From Elsinoe ampelina (taxonomy: Eukaryota): 64,000 nucleotides of DNA. Shown here one piece after another: positions 24,720-37,377 of this stretch. Position numbers and translations under genes: made by a program. The stretch's first letter is position 1; the number at the start of each line of letters is the position of its first letter. The DNA is taken from contig ML992505.1 in the NCBI GenBank assembly GCA_010093995.1, positions 349,433 to 413,432 of the forward strand. The letters run 5' to 3'. Below the pieces are notes generated by a model. The model worked only from the letters and a program-made list of their open reading frames with translations, made no database searches and was not told where the DNA came from.

Positions 24720-26529
24720 CTATCTCCTCTGCATGCCTTGCTGCATGTGTTGACCCATGCCTTGGGGCATTCCCATGCCGTATGGGTTGCCGTAGCCCTG
24801 CGCATCGCCGGCGATGTTCTGCATGGCCATTCCACTGATACCCTGCGCTTGAGAGACCGGACAATCCTTGTGTGCGAGCAGAAGCGTTTTGAGTCCGACG
24901 ATTTCTTCTCTGAGCTGAGTAACCGTTGCTGCGAGGGCATCGTTCTCAGTTGAGTAGATCTCGACCTTTTGCTGCAGATTGGCGAGCCATTGCTTCTTGC
25001 GTTGACGACACTTCAGAGCAGCAATCCTGTTGCGCTCCAGGAAGTTCTTACGCTTCTCTTCGTCAGTGAGCTTCTTGCCGTCGGCCCCGACCTCCGGTTC
25101 CTCCATGTCGGACATGTCGTCTTCTGGCACTGGCATGGCATGGCCGTTGTTGCTCTTCTGCTTCTTGTTGGTTGGCTTGGTTGATGTGTCATCAGACTTG
25201 GTACGCTTATTGTTCTTGGCGGCGGCACCCTTCTTTCCCTTGGCAGAGTTGCGGGTAGAGGGCTTCGTATCGCTGCCGCCGGACTCCGAGTAAGCGTCCT
25301 CGCCGTTTTGAGTACTACCAGACATGTTGCTACCAATGGAACCTTTGCCGCCACGCTTGGTCGTCGGCGAGTTGTCGTTCTGTTGCATCTGATTCGCCAT
25401 ATAGCTCATCTGGTTAGATTGCTGCAGCGGCGGGTACTGCTGACCCTGAGCTTGGTTGCCACCACGTGACTGGGCAAGCATGAAGAGACCATTGGCAGCA
25501 TCGTTGGCATCGTGCTGCTCGAACTGGTCGCGCTGGGATTGTTGCTGGTTGGCGGCGGTGAATCCCTTGTTGTCGAGGTTCGGCTGGATGTTTGGTTCCG
25601 GCGCAGACGTGGTCGCGTTGGTGGATGGCATATTATAGGTACTTGTCTGGTTTTGCGACGCGGCGCGGGCATGCATGGCCGTACGATGGAAGTCGAGGGT
25701 TCCTGGTGTTGCTCCGCCACTTTGGATCGCATTAAACATGGCCTGTGAGTTGGGGCTGGGCTGAGGGAACATAGACCCGCCTCCACCAGGCGTGAGTCCA
25801 GTCCTGAGGGATGACTCGTTTGGTGTTGGGAAACTACCAGCAAAGTGATGATCACTGTTGAAGTAGTCGTTGTTGGTAGGGCCCGTCAACATGGCAGGGC
25901 TGAGTGGACCTGAACGAAGGGAACCTGGCCAGCCAGGGGTAGATCCACCAAGGAGAGGAGCAGGCGATGTCAGACTTGTCACACCCGGGAGTTGGGTTTT
26001 ACCCGGCGTGTCCGAGCCGCCAAAGGCGCTCTCGAATGGGTTTGGCTCTTTGTTGAAATAGTCCTTGCCCTCCTGTTTCTGTCCGTTTTGGCCAAAATAG
26101 TCTTGATTATTGTTGTCTCCGTTCTGTACTGGTCGCGGCGGTGGGGCGAGGGGAGCATTGGTAGGTTGAGTCGAGTCCTTCTTCTCCTCTTTGACCTCCT
26201 CTGGCTGGACGATGGACGGCACCTTCTGGTGTTTCTCTGTAATGTATGTTAGTATTGTTGGGAACGACGAGGTCTAGTCATGTGCGCCGGACTTTATGAC
26301 AGTGTGTAGTAGCGACGTGATGGTGATCCTATGCGAGAGGTCGACGGTAGTGCGCCGGTGTAGAGGGGAGAGTGTGTGGTAAGAGGCAATCACATGAACG
26401 CGGCTAACGATAAAGCATCGACGACGAGGTGATATAGTACTAACCTTCAGACTTTAGTTGTGTCTTCTTTGTTTGAGGCGAAGGCATAGTGCCTAGGGTG
26501 TCAGACATCCTCTGGATAGCGACCGACAT
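24720..26529 (-). CDS. atfA: ATF/CREB bZIP stress transcription factor AtfA/Atf1
   Basis: EPNPFE (OSA), SLRSGPLSPAML (HRA), RTGLTPGGGGSMFP (HRR), bZIP EEKRKNFLERNRIAALKCRQRKKQWL; intron 26237-26444; start codon could be 26529 or a downstream ATG. Confidence 0.93.
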
Positions 26530-26539
26530 GGTGGGAAAA

Positions 26540-27182
26540 TGACGTGGTGGAAGCGTGATGTCAGAGAGAAAGGACGGCGGCCAAGGCGTCCTGTTAAAAG
26601 ATCTGGCAGTCCGACCCTCTTTCTTTCTCAACCCGTGGAAACCCAACCGGGCTCGTCGCGAGCTTTTGTCGGTGATTCGACTTTGAATGCTTTGAACTTG
26701 TTAATATCACTTCTGTCCAGCTCAATTCAAGATTTCATGTGTTTGTGTGATGTTTTTTGGATTTGAGTGGCCGGCGCCTTACAATACCAGGCTGGAAGAG
26801 CAACGCGACGACAGGGTGGCGACAATAGACTCGAGACTCACCTTCAATGACTTGAAGCCGTGCTCTCTTTCTGCTGTTGTGGAACAATTCAGTTCCCAAA
26901 TCGCTACGATGTTGCAGTCGCTCTACTGAACACTGCTATACCAGACCACGCGTGAAAGCGGCTTCAGAAGGTGACGTGTGATCCCGTCGCAATCCGTCGC
27001 ACAGGCTCGCGTACTGGAGAGGCAGATGCACTTAGTGTAGATCTTCCAAGTCTGTGTGTTCTGATGCAGTTGATCTCTTCCGGCCGTCGTGGTCGTCCAA
27101 GCGGTCGTGGATTGCGGCGTATGAAGTCGTCGTGTCGCGATACGTCAGAGGAGAAATGAGAATGGTGACGTGGTGACGTCGA
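26540..27182. promoter_or_regulatory. Cluster of CRE/ATF-like sites upstream of atfA
   Basis: TGACGT cores near 26540, 26972, 27141 (reverse), 27166 and 27174, plus TGATGTCA near 26557. Confidence 0.5.
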
Positions 27183-27801
27183 CGGGTTTTTGAGAGCAAA
27201 AACGAAAAAACTGGATGGCGGCGGAACGTGGGCAAGGGTTGGACGTCCGAGAGAGCTCCACGTCGATCGACGCTAGTTAGTAAGCCTTGGCTTTCACAGG
27301 CGGGACAGACGCGTTCGGAAGCGGAAGGAGGGGGTGAGTGCCTCGAATAACGTCGATGACCCGCGCGATTGCGATCTCTGGCCAAATCCTGCTTCTAGCC
27401 TTTGAAACGGTCGACGATTGGCTGTTGGTTCTTTGCATACCGTCGATGGCGAGATCGAGCAAATCGACTAGGAGAATAAAATATTGTTGTTTAGGGCCTT
27501 TTGATCTCGTTGCAGTCAGTCGGTTGCGACGGGTTTCTTCTGGTAGTCTGGTACAGACTTGGATCTCATCGGCATCCAAGCAAAGATCGACAAGCTCGCG
27601 ATGCTCGGTGTGTTGATACGAAATGCCCACACTTGTCGGGAGTTTGACTGGTATTCTCTTACCGTCGAACATGGTGTGCTACCACACCTCAAAGCCTGCC
27701 TGTCCAGTTTGTAACGTGACTCCACCTGTTCCCTCGCGAAAGCACCCATGGACAGAATATGCTTGTCAGGTCGTGACATTGTGTGACTTCAGATCAGGTG
27801 A

Positions 27802-29028
27802 TTAATGTTCGTCGAATTCTACCTTATCCTCACTTATCCGCATTACGAATCTACCCCTGCTAGTTCTGGCGATCTGGTCCCTGATCTCAGGGTTCCAGCC
27901 TTCCTTGCCCTCCTGGTTGAGCACGACATCAAATGGAGCATTGACGACCGCACTGTTCCTGTCATTTGCGTCCCGAGCAGCTTCTATCGCACTTGTGGCT
28001 ATAGGGAACGGTCTCACTGGTCGTTTCTGCACCAGAAGTCGAATGTCTGGAAAAGTATGCCATGACTTTGGCAATGAGGACGGTAGGGATCGATTCGTCG
28101 TCTGCAGATGCTTAGGCTGCAATTCAGTAGCTGTATAGATAACTGGGCATTGAAGCTGTCGACTAGCTCTAGTGAGTGCGCTGCGAAGTGCTGGGTAAGC
28201 TGAAATTGCCCGTACACCTCTCCTTTGTGTAGCCTCTTCAAAAGTGTCTGGAACGTTCGCCAGATCTGTCTCGTGACGATCGGTCCAGTAAAATGCCGAT
28301 GCACTGTCGAGCATGATGGAGTGCATGCTGCGGTGCATCGACAAATGACGGCTCTTGTCCATGAGGTACTCTGTAAGACACTCGATTGATGAGATCAAGG
28401 AGTCAATGGTTTGCGGGAGGAAGACATGTAAGTGCTGCAGGGAGGTTTCTATCATGTCTTGGACCACTGTCTCTAGGTCGCCGGAAATCACTTTATTCGT
28501 ACGACCGGCGCAGGCTGCTACGTGGGCGATGACCACTTTGACAAAGCGAGCAATGGAAAAGTTGCCATCAGCGTCAAAGTATACGACCGCACGGTTCTGG
28601 CCCTGTAGAGGTATACCGGATGTTGAAGGCGGCAGGATGGCTCGGGCGATCACCGAGTATAGGAGGAGTGACTTTCCTTCTCCCGAGGATGTCGAGAGGA
28701 CTTCGAGACAGAGATGTCTATTCATTCTTGATACCGGTCGTGGGACATTTGAGGAAGTGTCATAATCTAAGGTTGGAGAAGAGCTTCGCTGAGCTGGTTG
28801 CGGTTGGGTGAAAATATTGGTGAGATCATCGATGGCGGGTATCCCGATGGTAGTCCTTGGATGAATAGCATTTATGTGACGAAGCTCGGAAAATACCTGT
28901 ATTATCGTTAGTTTGATCAATTTGACATAGTGTGCTGAATGTTAAGTATATAGATCTCGACCGACCTTCGATAAGTCTGCCTCCTCCACCTCACCTAGCA
29001 ATTTTCGCCCGACCTCTTGGGCACTCAT
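27802..29028 (-). CDS. Rad51 paralogue, XRCC2/Rlp1-like
   Basis: Start MSAQEVGRKLLGEVEE, intron ~28897-28965; degenerate Walker A STSSGEGKS, VVYFDADGNF, Walker B IMLDSASAFYW. Confidence 0.8.
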
Positions 29029-29150
29029 CCTGCATCATACGGATCCACGGCAGCAACATGGAGAAGCAATAAATGTTCTCGGAGACAGGCGATCTGTTGT
29101 CGTGGGGTTCGAGCTCTTAGGAAAGCAGTGTTGCAGCCAAAGACGTCAGC

Positions 29151-29456
29151 ATGCCGCCTCCGGTTGAAGCGTTCCCGGCCTGGCAACTCCCAGCACGGGT
29201 GCAATATACACCAGATGGAAAGAAAAGGAAAGAGACGATCGATTTGAGGGAATGCAAATTAAAGGAAATGGTGCAATACGCGTGCGATTTGAAAGGGCCA
29301 AGGAGTAACCCAAGGAGCATGGTGGTCTGCGAACCAATAGTGCGGCTCTTCAGGCAGTGAGTTTGCCGCATGTCAGAGACATATGACACTGACAAACACA
29401 GATGCGCAAATGGATTGACAGTAGAGACTACAGCAATAGAAGCATTAATCGAGTAG
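29151..29456 (+). CDS. SOM1: Mitochondrial inner-membrane peptidase subunit Som1
   Basis: MPPPV...IDLRECKLKEMVQYAC...CEPIVRLFRQ/CANGLTVETT; intron 29357-29401. Confidence 0.88.
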
Positions 29457-29501
29457 ATTGTTCGTATCATGCCATAACATTCGTCAACAGGGGTATCATG
29501 T

Positions 29502-30482
29502 CTACGTCCTCACGCTTCCGAATGAAGCTCCTTTCCTCCAATGTGCTCGGTCGTAATTCACCACCATAGCTGCACGATCATCTTGATCAAATGCGCTTGA
29601 CACCATCTTCTTGCTCTCGTTGGTCCCGTCCGTCATCATGTCAATATCTCCTTCATGCTTCGCATCCTGTGGTTGATCCGCTACTAGACTTGCCAATGCA
29701 TCTTGCCAAAGAGCCATCTTCTCTTTCTCCCGCTTGTTCGCAGTCCTTTGGGCCATCGATCTTGGCTTACTCGCAGCAGCAGCAAGTTTTCGCAAGCTCT
29801 TCTCCGCTAGTATACCTTCTTGTGTCGCTCGTTCACGTATCTTTCTAGGATCCTTCTCTCTTGCCGCCACATAAGGTGTGTGGCGCCACGCATGCTTGCT
29901 GGGCAGTGCTGGAAAGTGGACTGGTATCTGCGGGTACGTCTTTTGTGGTGGTTCGCACAGCTCTCCTCCAAGAACAGGCTTAAGATCGATCGGTGCAGGC
30001 TCGTCCGGAGCTGGACATGGAATTATCGGGCAAGCAATGTCACTCGGAATCGGTAGCGTAAGCTGATCTTCAAGCTGTGATGAAGAGATGCCGGCTTGCG
30101 AGAGCGCAAAACTGATGTCTTGAGGCGTAGGTGCAGTCCTCCTGGCTGTGAGCATCGAGGCGCATGTCGACTCGAGCAGACCCGTAATGTCTTGGTATGA
30201 TTAGCAGAGTTCTGACAAGCTAGCGCGACGCGACTTACACTCTTCCGCAAGAGCCTCCAGGGAATGTAAAGCAGCCCCAGTGACACTGTCGAACCCAGCC
30301 AGGGCAAGTACCGTCGTGACGCCCTTGTCGAGCTGACGCTGGACAATGTACGGATCCTGAGGTGCAGGTTCTGTTGCTGAAGGTATCATTTGCTTGGAGC
30401 TGAGGGCATGATGGGGACTCTTCCCAGTCCGCTGTCGCTTCGTAGACCGTACATCCTTATAGTCTCCGTTCGCCGCCATCAT
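29502..30482 (-). CDS. TAF8: TFIID subunit Taf8 (histone fold plus TAF8 C-terminal motif)
   Basis: LALAGFDSVTGAALHSL...ARRTAPTPQD histone fold; IPVHFPALPSKHAWRHTP...IRERATQEGILAEKSLRKL; one intron ~30192-30238. Confidence 0.88.
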
Positions 30483-31724
30483 GGGACGGAATAGATTGTT
30501 TGACTGGGAGAAGAGCGTCACTCGGATTGGATGTCGAAGAAGCTCCGCAGAGCCGCATGTAGATGCCAAGACGGGTGAGGCTCAACTTCACATGTAATCC
30601 AGAGATGGACACAGTGGGACTCAAAGAGCGACTCATTTTTCTAATGAATTCCGGATGAGCAGCAGACACTGATGTCGTGATATCTCTCCAGTCACTTATG
30701 TCAAGGAAGTAAACGCTCCGCGACGACACCTGTCAGATTAATTTGAGCTCAATGGTGGAGAATACACGAAGACTTGTACTTCTCTTGTAGACTGGACAGG
30801 ACGCCAAAACACGTGGTCTCCATCAGATCGGATGGGAATGGTCAGATATCCATACTCGTCAACCCGAGAAGGTTGCGTGATGCCCGACCAGTCAACAAAC
30901 GGATCTTAATCTTGACGCTTTAGGCAAGGTCCAGGACACACAGGAACTCATTCTTCCGTCTTCACATGCGAGTAGTATCATCTTGTCTTATCAGGATCAA
31001 ATTGCTGTGGCTCTGACATGATCTGTCTGTGGTAGAAATCAGCCGCATTCGGCCGTGCACTCGATCGGCGTCCGGGGATGTGAGGAGGAACACCTGGGGA
31101 CGGATGATCATCAGGCAATTGCTTTTGTCATGCATGTAACGATATGGACTGTTTTGTGCTCCCACTGACAATTCATGACGCTTGTTGTCAGTTCGATTGA
31201 TCGACAATTGGGCGTTTTTGTTGAGGTGACAGTTACAAAATGCGAGTCGGGCTGGCAGTGCTTAAACCGTGGTCGAGAGGGGAAAGAGGCTTTTGGTTAA
31301 AAATGGCACGTTGTGATTGGACGATTGGGGTCGGAGGAAGCAGGAATGCATTGCGAGACGGACACAAACGCGAGATTTAGCGCGGGAACAACAGCAGGGC
31401 GACGTCATAAACTGACTTTGTGGCCTTTAAGTTGCACAGACCCTCACTTTGACGCCAGCCGTGCATCGCGAGTCAAAGCCTCAAAAGGTGGGCTTTGCCA
31501 AAGGCCGTTTCATAACTACGCAATTCACTCCTCCGTTTCACCCTCATCTCATCATCTCGCATTTCAGAGACTTATATCTGCCTCTACCACCCTCCCTATC
31601 TGTGAGTACTATTCCTTTAATTGCAACCTCACATCAGCACTTCGACCGTTGTTCACATTTGCTCATACCGACCAGACATTCTCACAACACTTACACATCG
31701 ATTTCACACGTACCAACCGCAATC

Positions 31725-32515
31725 ATGCCAAAGGTAAGCAGTATGCCGACTTCAATTCCGGCCTTCACTGATGTCACTAGATCACTCACATCCTGTTCGA
31801 CTGCGACAACACCCTCGTCCTCAGCGAGGAGCTCGCCTTCGAGGCTTGCGCAGAATTGGCCAATGAGATTCTCGAGAAGAACAACAACCCGAAGCGCTAC
31901 ACTGGCCCGGAGCTCCTCAGCGATTTCGTTGGCCAAAACTTCCGTGGCATGATGGTCTCTCTTCAGAAGAAATACAACATCACCATTCCCGACGACGAGT
32001 TCGAGGAGTACGTTGCCCGCGAGCTAGGCAAGGTCATCGAGACTCTGGAGAAGAAGGCACAGCCCTGCCCAGGTTCCATGGAGGTCCTCGCCAAACTCTA
32101 CGAGGAGAAGAAGTATGGCCTTGCTGTAGTCTCCTCATCAGCTCTTCCTCGTGTCCAAGCCTCCATCAAGAAGGTCGGACAGGACAAGTTCTTCCCTCCC
32201 GAGCACGTCTACAGCGCTGCAACTTCACTCGAGAAGCCCACCTCCAAGCCTGACCCAGCAGTGTATCTCCACGCATGCAAGGAAATCGGCAAGCAGCCTG
32301 GTGAGTGCGTGGCCGTCGAGGACAGCAAGTCCGGTGCCACTGCCGCTATGCGCGCTGGCATTCCCCTCATCGGCTACGTTGGTCCATACCTTGCAGAGGG
32401 CAAGGAGAAGCAAGAAGCCATGGTCAAGCTCATGTATGAGGAATGTGGTGCCATTGCCGTCATGTACCACTGGAACGAATTTGAGGACTGCCTCAAGAAG
32501 GTCGAGGCTGCATGA
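31725..32515 (+). CDS. HAD-superfamily hydrolase (beta-PGM/CbbY-like)
   Basis: MPK, intron 31734-31780, then ITHILFDCDNT (motif I), AVVSSS (II), SKPDPAVY (III), AVEDSKSG (IV). Confidence 0.92.
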
Positions 32516-33844
32516 CTGGCCAACCTTTAGCCGCGACTTCTCCTCACCGATCGGTGTCTCCTCCACAGCACAGCGGCACAAGTGGATCATTCCACCACCC
32601 TTTTTCCAACGATTTGACGATTACGAAAATTACCCGGCATCACACCAGCGAGGCGAATTGGGCATCACGGAAACCATAGCATCGATTAGAATGCATGAGC
32701 TCCGAAATGGAGCAAGGCCAATCTTCGAGCAGTAGATTAGGCGCAAAACATACAATGGAACGAGCTTCTCCGTTGCCACATCGGTCTTTGTGAACATTTG
32801 CGTGAACTTGCCGAACGTGCCTCCATCTTCTCGCCAATGTCGATAGGCGACCTCCTGACTCTACTTGCTGCGGATCCTGACCGGCCTGTGCGGCAACCTG
32901 TTTCATCCTTCCATACGTGCCCTCGGGCTTCTTGCCGGCTTCTGTTCAGGGCTTCAACTTCCGTGTGATAACCCCGCCGGACAATGTTTTCTGCCTCTCC
33001 AGATCCCGAATTTTTCCGTCGGTTATCTCAAGCATTTGTTACCATCTCCTCTGGTCCATGTATCGATGACTCAGCACGTCATCTCTTTCTCCTTCCTCTT
33101 CCTAGATTCCTAGATTCAGTGGACGAACGACACAAGGAACAACTACACACACTTGCATCCTGCTCTTGGAGGCTGATCACTGCACTATTCTTAGGCTACG
33201 CATCATTCCTCTTCACGTCATGGTATCATTGAAGGTTACGGGACCGCGAAGAGCGGAACACCGTTGAAGACGGCTCGAGATCGTTCCCTCTACTAGCAAC
33301 GTTCTTGCTCGCGATCACCCACCCTCTGCGTGCTGCGCGCGGCATGCTATGAAGACACATGACTATGAATCACTGCCGCCTCCGATCTTATCGTCCAACA
33401 CTGGTCAATATCAACTTCCAGCATGCTTCCACCACGGCTCCTCGACATGGCGATGACTAGCCGGGACTAGGCTTGTCCAGACCTTTCGTCACTGACAGAC
33501 ATGTCTCGCTCCAAACGAGGAGTTGTGACTCCGTTGGGCCTTGTCTGCGGCACGGTAGGGATGCGTTGACACCTGCCATACCACTCATCGCTCAACGGCT
33601 CCGCGTGTTCCCTGAACGAGATCGACTAGACAAGCGTCATTCGCCTCACACCGAGTCCTGACGACCCCGGAAAACTGCCGTCGTGTTTCATCTTACTCTC
33701 TGGCTACGCAAGATACTGGCTTGTCATCCGGTACAGGTCGACACACGGCGTGCCAAGTCGGGAGAAGACCTGGCCTGCTGCATCATGTCCTGATACAATG
33801 TCGCAAGTCACCACGCCACACTAAGTCTCTGACTTGCGCAGGAC

Positions 33845-33852
33845 GTATATAA
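33845..33852 (+). promoter_or_regulatory. TATA box of the secreted-protein gene
   Basis: GTATATAA followed by a pyrimidine-rich leader, about 170 nt before ATG 34020. Confidence 0.45.
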
Positions 33853-34019
33853 CAAATGCTTGAGCTTCACCATTATCCACTCATCGGCACAACTTTTTCT
33901 CTACTGGTTAGAGCAGCTCTCATTCATTCATCCTTTTCTTCTATTCCTTTCTACTATCATCCGGTCTGGTACCGCTTCCATTCACTATACATTCTCTATA
34001 CCGTTTGCACCACAACACC

Positions 34020-35042
34020 ATGCACTCTACCCTGTTACTTGTTGCCACTCTTGCGGCACTTGTCGCCAGCAAGCCTGTCCCTCAGCCGACCAAATTCAAC
34101 ACTGCGAACGGTCTGCCGCCCGACCACATAGACAGCACAGGTCTGTTCAAGCGTCGCTCGTGCGAGCCTCAGCCTCTGGGTGCCGGTCCTGTCACAACAC
34201 CGGACGATGTCCGCACCTTTGCTAAGAATCCTTTCTTTGCTAGCGCAGCGCTGAGCGCTTCTACTCCTGATGGATACAATGTTTCTTTCACCAACTGGAA
34301 TGCCTCCAACCAGGCATATGGCTATCTTGGCTACCACCTCCTGGATGTTTACGACACTTCTGTCTGCGCTGCCAAGTGCAACGAGATCGACGACTGTCTT
34401 GCTTTCAATATTTACTTCGAGCGCGATCCAAGTGTCGACCCGCATCCCATCTCTTGCCCAAATCCGCCTTCCACTACCAACATCAAGTGCGTCTTCTGGT
34501 CCGGTCCCATCAACAAAGCCAACGCCAATAATTACGGTCAATGGCGGGCTGGCTTCCAGGTCGCCATTGCCGGATCCAACGGGTATGTCAGCTCCAAAAT
34601 TGCCACACCTCTGGGGTATTCCGACCCTGTCTACCTCGGCAATGCAGCCATCAATGCTCTCACCGACTGCAGCGAAGGCTACACCTACATGGGCGTCAAG
34701 ATCTGGACCGACTCACCCTTTGATGTCAACAGGTGCGCGCAGGCGTGCACCGCAAAGTCGGCTGAGAATCTTGCGTCCGCTGCTGTCAATGGTACTAAGC
34801 CACAGACATGCCAATTCTTCAACACCTATCAGTTGCTGGAGAACGATGAAGTTGTCGGGCAATATTGCGCCATGTACAACGCCACTTGGTCCGCTAGCAC
34901 TGCCAGCAACTATGGTGGACAGAAGGGCGACGACAAATTCACGATCAACTACTCCTTTGCTTACAGCAATATCACCGATCCTGGTCTTTATAAGGCTGTG
35001 AGCAAGACGAAGCAGACTACTCTCTCCTCGGCACCTTTCTAA
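34020..35042 (+). CDS. Secreted Cys-rich protein with two PAN/apple-like modules
   Basis: Signal peptide MHSTLLLVATLAALVAS, Kex2-like LFKRR, CAAKC...CLAFNIYFERDP...CPNPPSTTNIKCVFW, second module CAQAC...CQFFNTY...CAMY; several N-glycosylation sequons. Confidence 0.85.
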   Translation: MHSTLLLVATLAALVASKPVPQPTKFNTANGLPPDHIDSTGLFKRRSCEPQPLGAGPVTTPDDVRTFAKNPFFASAALSASTPDGYNVSFTNWNASNQAYGYLGYHLLDVYDTSVCAAKCNEIDDCLAFNIYFERDPSVDPHPISCPNPPSTTNIKCVFWSGPINKANANNYGQWRAGFQVAIAGSNGYVSSKIATPLGYSDPVYLGNAAINALTDCSEGYTYMGVKIWTDSPFDVNRCAQACTAKSAENLASAAVNGTKPQTCQFFNTYQLLENDEVVGQYCAMYNATWSASTASNYGGQKGDDKFTINYSFAYSNITDPGLYKAVSKTKQTTLSSAPF

Positions 35043-36774
35043 TGTCGACGACGGACATGGAATTAACACTGTAAATTTTAATCAACGAAGACAGTATACC
35101 TCGCGGCTTTACGACCCAGACATCTTTATGTATAGCTTACGACTTTACAACTTACGACTATAACGATAGTATATGCCGACGACCTGATGACCTTGCGAAT
35201 CCGACACGAAGCATAATCTCTAATTCACCATAACGAATAACGAAGTTTGCAATGCCGACCCAAGTCACTCCTTCCATACATCGAAACCACGTTCCTTCCC
35301 ACGCATCGACGAAAAGTTTCCACATATATCCATCCTTACTCTATCACGAGACAGAAGCACAATCTCGAAAAGGCACAAAAACAACACAAAAATCATACAA
35401 GGAAGCAAAATACATCAATACGCCCAACGTATACGACACGACAACAACGGAGAACAAGACATGCCTATTTAATGTCTACACCATTCAAACTTCCGTCGGC
35501 CGACTCTGCCATCATCATCAACGACAAAAGTCTGCAATATCGGCTCTCGAGTGTCTCTCCACTCGGGAGTCGGAGGGAGGGAGGGATAACGTTTCACGAC
35601 CACCACGTCACATCGCTTACGCTCTGACGAGAAGGTATGATCCGACGAGAATGAGGCACGAGCGAGCGATTTTCACGAGAGAAGAACACAGCATACGTGT
35701 CACGATGGACATGCGATGAACGAGTAGATAGATAGCATCACAGAACGAGTATGACTTGACGAACCACCTTCCCCCTATCTATGCTCCATCCCAGTATTGC
35801 ACGTGGCCCCATCGCTGCTCGTGCCGTCGGTTCGTGACTCCCAGATTATCTTACTCGTGGGGTTACCATTCCACTCGTAGTCTTCCCCCCTGCACACACC
35901 GCCACCCTTGTCCCCTCCTCTTCTTCACCCTGTCGATCCCCCGAGTCTCCCCCGAGAAACCTCGTCTGCCACACAGAGATAGGTGTCGGGACCGCTGCTG
36001 CCTGGTGGTGGATCTCCACACTGTAGATCGGTGCCCCTGTCCCGAGACTTGCGAAGGCTGAAGCACAACACATCCACTTTTATATCTTGGGTATGCTTGG
36101 GTATGCTTGGCTGTAGATCACTGACGCACACCGGGGACGTGGATCTACATGCCACGTCCACCTGGTTCGGCCCCGGCTGTGTGTCTGGGCAAGAGAGGAT
36201 GGGGTGCAGTCGGGATCTTCGCTTGGCTTCCGCGAGAGTAGAAGGTACGGTGGGGAGACATTCACGAGGGTCATGGGATCATGCTGGGTGGTCGTCGGTA
36301 TTGTCTGTGCTAATCTACGCTAGACGCTGCATGGGCTTTTGCCGCTCGTGTGTGTGCTCTCGTCGGGAGCTGTCGTGTCCTTCATGCTTGTATCCATGTC
36401 CATATCCGTGTCCGTGATTGTGGGTCGTATCGATACATGTCCCTTTTGTCCCTTGCTATGCCCTTCGCTATGAGAATTTGGAAAGAGTGTGGTGATGAAA
36501 TAGTGAAAGATTTGAAGATTTGTGTTCCCTTCCAAGGGGATCGTCGCCTGGTGTTCTTGCGGCAGTGTGAGTCTGCTCGCTCGCTCGCTGTGCTCTTGCT
36601 TGGACTCCAAGAGCGAAGTGTGATAAATGGTGTACAGTGGTGTACAGTGGATCGCTCCTCGCTATGCTGGAAAGTGACGGGTGACTATTGTTGTAGATTA
36701 TGAGCTTGGTGGGAAGGCTTTTGCGCTGCGTCAGGATTTTGAGCAAGTGTGATGAGGAGCTCCAGCGCGGCAAT

Positions 36775-37377
36775 CTATGCAGAGTATTGTGGGTGGTTGT
36801 AGACCTGGAATGGCTCGCTCTCAATTGTCACGATAGTGTCTGCGTCTCTCGACTTGCTTTTGGATTCCGGTAGTCGGAGCAAGGAGACCTTGACGCAGTA
36901 AGATCCTGGGTGAGTGACGCTGACGCTGGGGAATGAGACGTAGCCAATTGCAGTACTTCGGAGGTCTGATGGGAGACGCTCGCGGTAGTCTTCTGGCAGA
37001 TCATGGACCGAGGAGACCAGTCGTTGACCTCGAATCACGCCAGACGGGAGAGCGGCACCAGAGCAAGCAGAGACTAGGGATATCACTGCGACGATGCTGC
37101 CTGATCTCGACGAGCTCGAATGCTTCTTTGAAGAGCTGGACCGTTTGGTAACCAGGACCGAGGGCTGGAAGGGGTATCCTACGGGGACCAAGTTGGGAGG
37201 TTGACCCATGATCTTCAGGCTGTATCTCGAGGAAGATGAGGAGGAGGAGGAGCTGCTGGCTTCTGCATGGCGGGAAGAGTGGTGTGAATGACTGCTGCGT
37301 CGGCTCTTCTTGGGCGAATCTTCCTTGCGGTAGATTGGAGTGGGGCCATCCTTTCGAGAGCTGGTCTTGCGAAACAT
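36775..37377 (-). CDS. Short velvet-domain-like protein
   Basis: Basic/Ser-rich N-terminus, then YSLKIMGQPP...IRGQRLVSSVH...YVSFPSVSVTHPGSYCVKVSL...ESEPFQVY, matching the order of velvet-fold motifs. Confidence 0.7.
   Translation of the reverse strand: MFRKTSSRKDGPTPIYRKEDSPKKSRRSSHSHHSSRHAEASSSSSSSSSSRYSLKIMGQPPNLVPVGYPFQPSVLVTKRSSSSKKHSSSSRSGSIVAVISLVSACSGAALPSGVIRGQRLVSSVHDLPEDYRERLPSDLRSTAIGYVSFPSVSVTHPGSYCVKVSLLRLPESKSKSRDADTIVTIESEPFQVYNHPQYSA

Noticed and set aside
32640..33110. Charged minus-strand frame broken by two stops (possible pseudogene)
   Set aside because: No recognisable homology or start; not supportable.
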